From the sequence record OP557970.1: DNA of 64,000 nucleotides, one strand, 5' to 3'. Each line of letters begins with the position of its first letter. The first letter of the stretch is position 1. Source of the stretch: Escherichia phage ph0021. The position numbers and the translations under genes are program-made. Below the pieces are notes generated by a model. The model was not told the DNA's origin. It ran no database searches and worked only from the letters and a program-made list of their open reading frames with translations. Shown here in pieces: positions 59,406-64,000 of the stretch.

Positions 59406-59435
59406 ATAGTATCACACTACTACCCTTCCGTAAAC
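59406..59435 (-). promoter_or_regulatory. early promoter driving the I-TevI-tail chimeric ORF
   Basis: Minus-strand GTTTAC-N18-TACTAT followed by AAGGAGAATAAA-ATG. Confidence 0.5.
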
Positions 59436-59800
59436 TACTTTTTGAAAGTTTTTCGCAAAAGTTCAATGATTTCATCTACATTGTTTTCGTCTACAATGCA
59501 GTGAATTTTTGTTACGCCAGAAATCTTGTCTTCGACTTCATCTTCTTCAAAAGTCGATTCTTTATACTCACGAAAACAATGAAATTCATCTTCACAGACG
59601 TTGAAGTAAAAATGCTTTCCATTTGCGCATTTAATGTGTTTTATTACTCTAAATCCATCAGCAGAGAAAGCTTCTTTAACTTCAAACCATCCGCCATTAT
59701 CTCGAATAATTTTAACTATTGATGAATTAGAACGTGGGCGATAATTAATAAATGTATCAATAAGTCTTGGAACAAGCTCATACTTTTTGCCAATATACAT
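59435..59800 (-). CDS. hypothetical protein (frd.x position)
   Basis: 121-aa ORF with GAGGA ribosome-binding site. Confidence 0.55.
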   Translation of the reverse strand: MYIGKKYELVPRLIDTFINYRPRSNSSIVKIIRDNGGWFEVKEAFSADGFRVIKHIKCANGKHFYFNVCEDEFHCFREYKESTFEEDEVEDKISGVTKIHCIVDENNVDEIIELLRKTFKK

Positions 59801-59820
59801 TACGTTTTCCTCATTTTAAT

Positions 59821-59838
59821 AGGGGCTTTATAGCCCCT
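59821..59838. other. stem-loop AGGGGCT-TTAT-AGCCCCT
   Basis: 7-bp GC-rich stem between two small ORFs. Confidence 0.35.
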
Positions 59839-59844
59839 TAATAA

Positions 59845-60096
59845 TTATTGTTCAATCAGTCCCATGTAAAATTCTGCGTCTTCAGAATCCATGCCATCAC
59901 AATATTCATTAGCCATAAAGCGGGTGAGGTCTTCAAGAGGACCTTCAATGACAATAGAAAAATTGCAATAATTGGGATCATCATGAATACTTGTGATACT
60001 AAGTTCAGGATAACGATTACGAATAATTTCTTCAATATATTCAAAATCAACGATGTCAATATCAACTTTAGCCATATTATTTTCCTCTTTAATCAT
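59845..60096 (-). CDS. hypothetical acidic protein (frd.x position)
   Basis: 83-aa ORF downstream of the gene 32 terminator, with a candidate early promoter. Confidence 0.55.
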   Translation of the reverse strand: MIKEENNMAKVDIDIVDFEYIEEIIRNRYPELSITSIHDDPNYCNFSIVIEGPLEDLTRFMANEYCDGMDSEDAEFYMGLIEQ

Positions 60097-60118
60097 CAGC
60101 AGTATTGCCGATAGTTGT

Positions 60119-60148
60119 ATAGTACCATAAAGCTTTATGCTTGTAAAC
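60119..60148 (-). promoter_or_regulatory. candidate early promoter downstream of the gene 32 terminator
   Basis: Minus-strand GTTTAC-N18-TACTAT upstream of the 83-aa ORF. Confidence 0.4.
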
Positions 60149-60178
60149 CGTTTTGTGAAAAAATTTTGAAATAAAAAA

Positions 60179-60197
60179 GGGGACCTCTAGGGTCCCC
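60179..60197 (-). terminator. intrinsic terminator of gene 32
   Basis: GGGGACC-TCTAG-GGTCCCC hairpin followed on the - strand by a TTTTTT run, 23 nt after the gp32 stop. Confidence 0.7.
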
Positions 60198-60219
60198 AAT
60201 TAATTAGTAATATAATCTA

Positions 60220-61128
60220 TTAAAGGTCATTCAAAAGGTCATCCAGGTCCGTGTCATCAGCACTAGATGAACTGCCAGAGCTTGAGCTCATAAAATCATC
60301 TTCAGTTTTTGTTTTGAAGTCATCAACATTGAATGCATCCAAATCATCAGCAACTTTATCAGCTTTCTTAGCGGCAGTTGCTGCGGCACCACCCATAGCA
60401 GCAGTTCCCATAACTTGACTGAACTTAGTGCTCAGTTCTTCAAACGATTTGAATTTATCTTTAGAAGTCATTTCAGAAAGGTCAACCATTTGTTCGAACA
60501 GTTCTTTCTGGAAAGATTCATCATCAATGTTTGGAATCGCAGATTGATTCAGGAATTTAGATTCGTCGTAGTTACTAAAACCAGAAACTTGTTTAACTTT
60601 CAGTACAAAGTTAGCACCTTCCCACGGACAAGTTACATCAACCGGAGTTTCACCCATTTCAACATCAACTGCAATCATTGCATTGATTTTATCCCAGATT
60701 TTCTTACCGAAACGGTATTTAAATACTTTGCCTTCATTTTCTGGAGCAGCTGGGTCTTTTACTACAAGAATGTTAGCCCAGTAAGAAGTTTTACGTTTAA
60801 CAAGACCGTACTCTTTATTGTCAGTATTATACAAATCATTTTTACTGATGTACTGACATACTGGACAAGAATCGTAATCACCGTAGGTAGATGAGCATGT
60901 TTCGATATACCATTTACCATTTTTCTTGAAACCGTGATTTACAAGAAGTGCAAATGGTGCTTGTTCATCATTTTTAGACGGAAGAAAACGAATTACTGCT
61001 TGACCGTTACCCGCATTATCGAGTTTCAGTTTCCACTCGCCTTTATCTTCAGAAGAAAAACCACCTTTATTTCCAGCCAGTTTAGCCATTTGTGCAGCGA
61101 GTTCAGCAGTAGATTTACGTTTAAACAT
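60220..61128 (-). CDS. 32: single-stranded DNA-binding protein gp32
   Basis: 302-aa ORF starting [50 protein letters not shown]; acidic Ser/Asp-rich C-terminus. Confidence 0.95.
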   Translation of the reverse strand: MFKRKSTAELAAQMAKLAGNKGGFSSEDKGEWKLKLDNAGNGQAVIRFLPSKNDEQAPFALLVNHGFKKNGKWYIETCSSTYGDYDSCPVCQYISKNDLYNTDNKEYGLVKRKTSYWANILVVKDPAAPENEGKVFKYRFGKKIWDKINAMIAVDVEMGETPVDVTCPWEGANFVLKVKQVSGFSNYDESKFLNQSAIPNIDDESFQKELFEQMVDLSEMTSKDKFKSFEELSTKFSQVMGTAAMGGAAATAAKKADKVADDLDAFNVDDFKTKTEDDFMSSSSGSSSSADDTDLDDLLNDL

Positions 61129-61178
61129 TTTTATTTCCTTTTTAATTTAATTAACAGTTGGTGCTATGACACTTTACC

Positions 61179-61811
61179 TCATAGCTGGCATAATTCACAA
61201 TACTCTGGGTCTTCGAGAGGTATCCAACCTGAGTTGAAATACTTTACCATCGATTTAGCAGTTGTATCAGTTATATTTATATTACCCTTAACTCTTCGCC
61301 ATCCAGGAGTTTTACCGTACAGATTAGAGGATAATAATAACACATAATTCTCGTAAGCAATATGAGATAATTTCCAAGACTCTATATTAGCTCGTGATGT
61401 TTTCCAAGGTCTAAAATCGTCACGGTTCATATAATTAGCCAATCTCATATGCTCTCTAACTTCCGGGTCTTTGGCTGGATGAGTTTCACCACTCACACCA
61501 AATCCGCCGCCAGCATATACCAGATTAAAATAGTCTGGATTATCTCTGGCATTTACTTCAAGTTGGTATTTTCGCTCTGCTTCAATAACATCCAAATCAT
61601 CATCAATTTGAATTATTTTAACGCTCGGTTTTTGAAGCATTACCGCATTTAAAAATCTTTTTTGTTTACATGAGCTCCAGTATTCCTTTCCGGAAGAGTC
61701 ATATATTATTCCATTCTCAAATGAGCAATTTAATTTACTACCGATATAGTAGTACGGCGGAGTCTTATTTTTGACACGGTCTTCAAATGTAAACCAATAT
61801 ACTATATTCAT
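61179..61811 (-). CDS. segG: GIY-YIG homing endonuclease (SegG-like) between genes 59 and 32
   Basis: 210-aa ORF with GIY-YIG-type N-terminus (IVYWFTF...PPYYYIGSK); occupies the position of T4 segG. Confidence 0.7.
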   Translation of the reverse strand: MNIVYWFTFEDRVKNKTPPYYYIGSKLNCSFENGIIYDSSGKEYWSSCKQKRFLNAVMLQKPSVKIIQIDDDLDVIEAERKYQLEVNARDNPDYFNLVYAGGGFGVSGETHPAKDPEVREHMRLANYMNRDDFRPWKTSRANIESWKLSHIAYENYVLLLSSNLYGKTPGWRRVKGNINITDTTAKSMVKYFNSGWIPLEDPEYCELCQL

Positions 61812-61812
61812 A

Positions 61813-62466
61813 TTAATACTTACAGGATTTCACAGTTTCAATGAAAACACTTTTGGCTTTCTGTGAATCAATATTTAAAATTTTTCTATAAGCTTTTAAC
61901 TTTATAGAATAATTATTCCAGACTAAATTATCAGTCTGTTCATCATGTTTATCAATTATATTTAAAAACGAATCAAGCAAGATAAACGTCTCAAACGAAA
62001 TTATATTCGATTGAAGTAGTTTAAAAATATAACTTGATTGAACTTTTGGATTATACTCAAAGATTTCTTTAAAAGCAGAAACTTCAACTTTTTTACTAAA
62101 ATAATAAATGTTGCGAATATCTTCTTCAAACTTAAATTTAATTTGCTTTAAGCGTCCGATATATTCACGATAAAACACAAGTGCATCAGCGTCAGAGATG
62201 TCACCAATCCAAGCATCTTGGTTAGCAACCAGATTGCTTATAAAGATTAAAGCAAGTTCCTTTAATTTATATTTTTCTGATAACTTCTGGAAAAAATACT
62301 TATCCCTTCGCTTTTGATAAGCGGCATCAGACACCCGCATGCACCAATTATACTTAATTACATCATACTTTCCATTCATATGTTGTTTTATCATTAAGTA
62401 TAATTTATAAACTGATTTACCATCAATATATCTTTCACCACCAGCAGGCATGCGGAGTTTAATCAT
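61813..62466 (-). CDS. 59: helicase loader gp59
   Basis: 217-aa ORF, T4 gp59 length and position. Confidence 0.85.
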   Translation of the reverse strand: MIKLRMPAGGERYIDGKSVYKLYLMIKQHMNGKYDVIKYNWCMRVSDAAYQKRRDKYFFQKLSEKYKLKELALIFISNLVANQDAWIGDISDADALVFYREYIGRLKQIKFKFEEDIRNIYYFSKKVEVSAFKEIFEYNPKVQSSYIFKLLQSNIISFETFILLDSFLNIIDKHDEQTDNLVWNNYSIKLKAYRKILNIDSQKAKSVFIETVKSCKY

Positions 62467-62810
62467 AGTAGAAAATCTAATGTATTAGTTTTTTCACAAC
62501 GAACAACAGAAGGACGTAAAAGATTTTCGTCAATAGCTTCTGACTGAATTTTTTCAATTATACCCGAAGGAATAAATTTAGCAAATTGAGTTTCAGGAAT
62601 AGAATTTTCTTCTAAAAATGCTGTTGTAGCTTCAAGATAACTCATTCCAAACTCTTCTACCATTTTTTCAATAATAAATCCATTTTCTTGACGATCAAGA
62701 AGCTTTGCTATTTCATCCTTTTCTTTCTTAATTGAAAGTTCTTTTTCTGAAAGACCGGTCTCATCGACCGGACGAATATCATTTAGAGAAAACTGTGTCA
62801 TAAAGTTCAA
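62463..62810 (-). CDS. 33: late transcription co-activator gp33
   Basis: 115-aa ORF between dsbA and 59. Confidence 0.8.
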   Translation of the reverse strand: MNFMTQFSLNDIRPVDETGLSEKELSIKKEKDEIAKLLDRQENGFIIEKMVEEFGMSYLEATTAFLEENSIPETQFAKFIPSGIIEKIQSEAIDENLLRPSVVRCEKTNTLDFLL

Positions 62811-63048
62811 CTACCTCTTCGGTTTCAGCTTCAAACACATCACGGTTATCTTTATGATACAAAGCTAATAGACGATTAAACATCTTACCATCAACGCCAA
62901 GTTCATCTTTGGCACGAATTCGAATATCTTTAATCAGTTCATTATAACCGGAAATTTTCAGTTTATGATCAGATGCTTCTTTGATAAATTTAGCCAAGTC
63001 TTCGCCGTGGATAGCTTCATCAAATTCAACCATTTCTTTTTTAGCCAT
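62779..63048 (-). CDS. dsbA: double-stranded DNA-binding protein DsbA
   Basis: 89-aa ORF, T4 DsbA length and position. Confidence 0.8.
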   Translation of the reverse strand: MAKKEMVEFDEAIHGEDLAKFIKEASDHKLKISGYNELIKDIRIRAKDELGVDGKMFNRLLALYHKDNRDVFEAETEEVVELYDTVFSK

Positions 63049-63056
63049 TATTCACC

Positions 63057-63989
63057 TCAAAATTCATTAATGCTATTAGTTAATTTAGAAAGACCCGCTT
63101 TTACAAAATATGAATAAATTTTGCCACGCGGTGGTAATTTATATGAATTATAGTAATTCACAATGTTTGAAGCAATATTATCAGGAATATAATCAAAATC
63201 AATTAGAACTAAATTTTCTTTATATCGATTATATTCAGATTCAGTGAGAAGCACCTTAGCTTGCTCACGGTCATTAGCAATAGCTTCAACAATAGAGGTT
63301 TTCATTGAAGGAGTTCGTTCACCTTCAACTCTGGTAAACCAAAAGTCAGATCGTACTTTAACTGAAGCAACGTTATCCTTTTTGTCGCCTTTAAGGATTT
63401 TAGTCATACAGTCAATTTCAGCAGAACCACTTTTAATTTTAACCCATTTCTTGTGCATCGGTGACCATTGCTTAACATTTGGGTATTTATGAAGTTGAGT
63501 AAAGTCACCATCTGATGAAATGATTAAAATCTTATGTCCTTCTAAAGAGAACTTTTTAACAAGAACAGCAATGTGGTCATCTGCTTCATACTTATCAATA
63601 TCCATAACAATGTATGGCATATAAGCTTTCAATTCATCTATAACTTTATGACTGGATTCAAAATAACCTTCCCAGTCCCAAGTAGATTCTTCTCGTGCTT
63701 TTCCACGGTTTTTCTTGTAATAGTAAGCGAAATCACGACGCCAGTATCCAGATTTCGCGTTATCAATACACAGCACAATTTTAGTGTATCCAAGCGTTTT
63801 TGCTTTTTTGACATTAAACTTAATTGAGTTCAATATCAAATGACGAACCATTGATAAATTAATTTTTTCTTTATTTGGGAAGTTTACAAGAGCAGTTGAA
63901 AGTGCAATTTGACTAAAATCAATAAAGCAAATTCCTTCTTTATAATCTTCATCCAGCATCATTTCTAAATCCATATGAACCTCGTTCAA
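63057..63989 (-). CDS. rnh: RNase H (5'-3' exonuclease / flap endonuclease)
   Basis: 310-aa ORF with FEN-family acidic motifs (YEADDHIAVL, ISSDGDFTQL). Confidence 0.9.
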   Translation of the reverse strand: MNEVHMDLEMMLDEDYKEGICFIDFSQIALSTALVNFPNKEKINLSMVRHLILNSIKFNVKKAKTLGYTKIVLCIDNAKSGYWRRDFAYYYKKNRGKAREESTWDWEGYFESSHKVIDELKAYMPYIVMDIDKYEADDHIAVLVKKFSLEGHKILIISSDGDFTQLHKYPNVKQWSPMHKKWVKIKSGSAEIDCMTKILKGDKKDNVASVKVRSDFWFTRVEGERTPSMKTSIVEAIANDREQAKVLLTESEYNRYKENLVLIDFDYIPDNIASNIVNYYNSYKLPPRGKIYSYFVKAGLSKLTNSINEF

Positions 63990-64000
63990 TTAGTGAGATT

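Noticed and set aside
60415-61347. Long + strand ORFs (159 aa and 137 aa) overlapping genes 32 and segG-like
   Set aside because: They lie antisense to well-supported genes, have low-complexity Phe/Ile/Asn-rich composition typical of AT-rich shadow frames, and have no promoter or ribosome-binding site.

Overview
This window is a contiguous segment of a T4-like (T-even) myophage genome, AT-rich and densely coded. Gene order, protein lengths and recognisable motifs match the T4 map almost gene for gene. The + strand carries the late structural module: the C-terminus of gp7, then 8, 9, 10, 11, 12, wac, 13, 14, 15, 16, 17, 18, 19, 20, 67, 68, 21, 22, 23, 24, with TATAAATA late promoters and GC-rich tetraloop hairpins at gene boundaries. 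It is followed by rnlB, hoc, inh, uvsW, uvsY, and the baseplate hub genes 25, 26, 51, 27, 28, 29, 48, 54. The - strand carries the early module: alt plus a second alt-like gene, DNA ligase (30), the 30.x small genes, rIII, 31, cd, pseT, a spanin pair, alc, rnlA, denA, nrdB, mobE, nrdA, 32, a segG-like gene, 59, 33, dsbA and rnh. I found no CRISPR array, tRNA or rRNA gene, and no clearly foreign multi-gene system. The observations most worth a second look are: (1) an HNH endonuclease gene inserted between tail sheath gene 18 and tail tube gene 19; (2) a collapsed frd-td locus, where only td exon 2, the 3' core of the td group I intron and the last ~40 codons of I-TevI remain, the latter fused to an unrelated N-terminus behind an early promoter; (3) two tandem full-length Alt-family ADP-ribosyltransferase genes; (4) a NADAR/YbiA-like gene next to a HAD phosphatase downstream of DNA ligase. 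All family assignments rest on reading motifs and on recalled T4 gene order and protein sequences; no database search was run.
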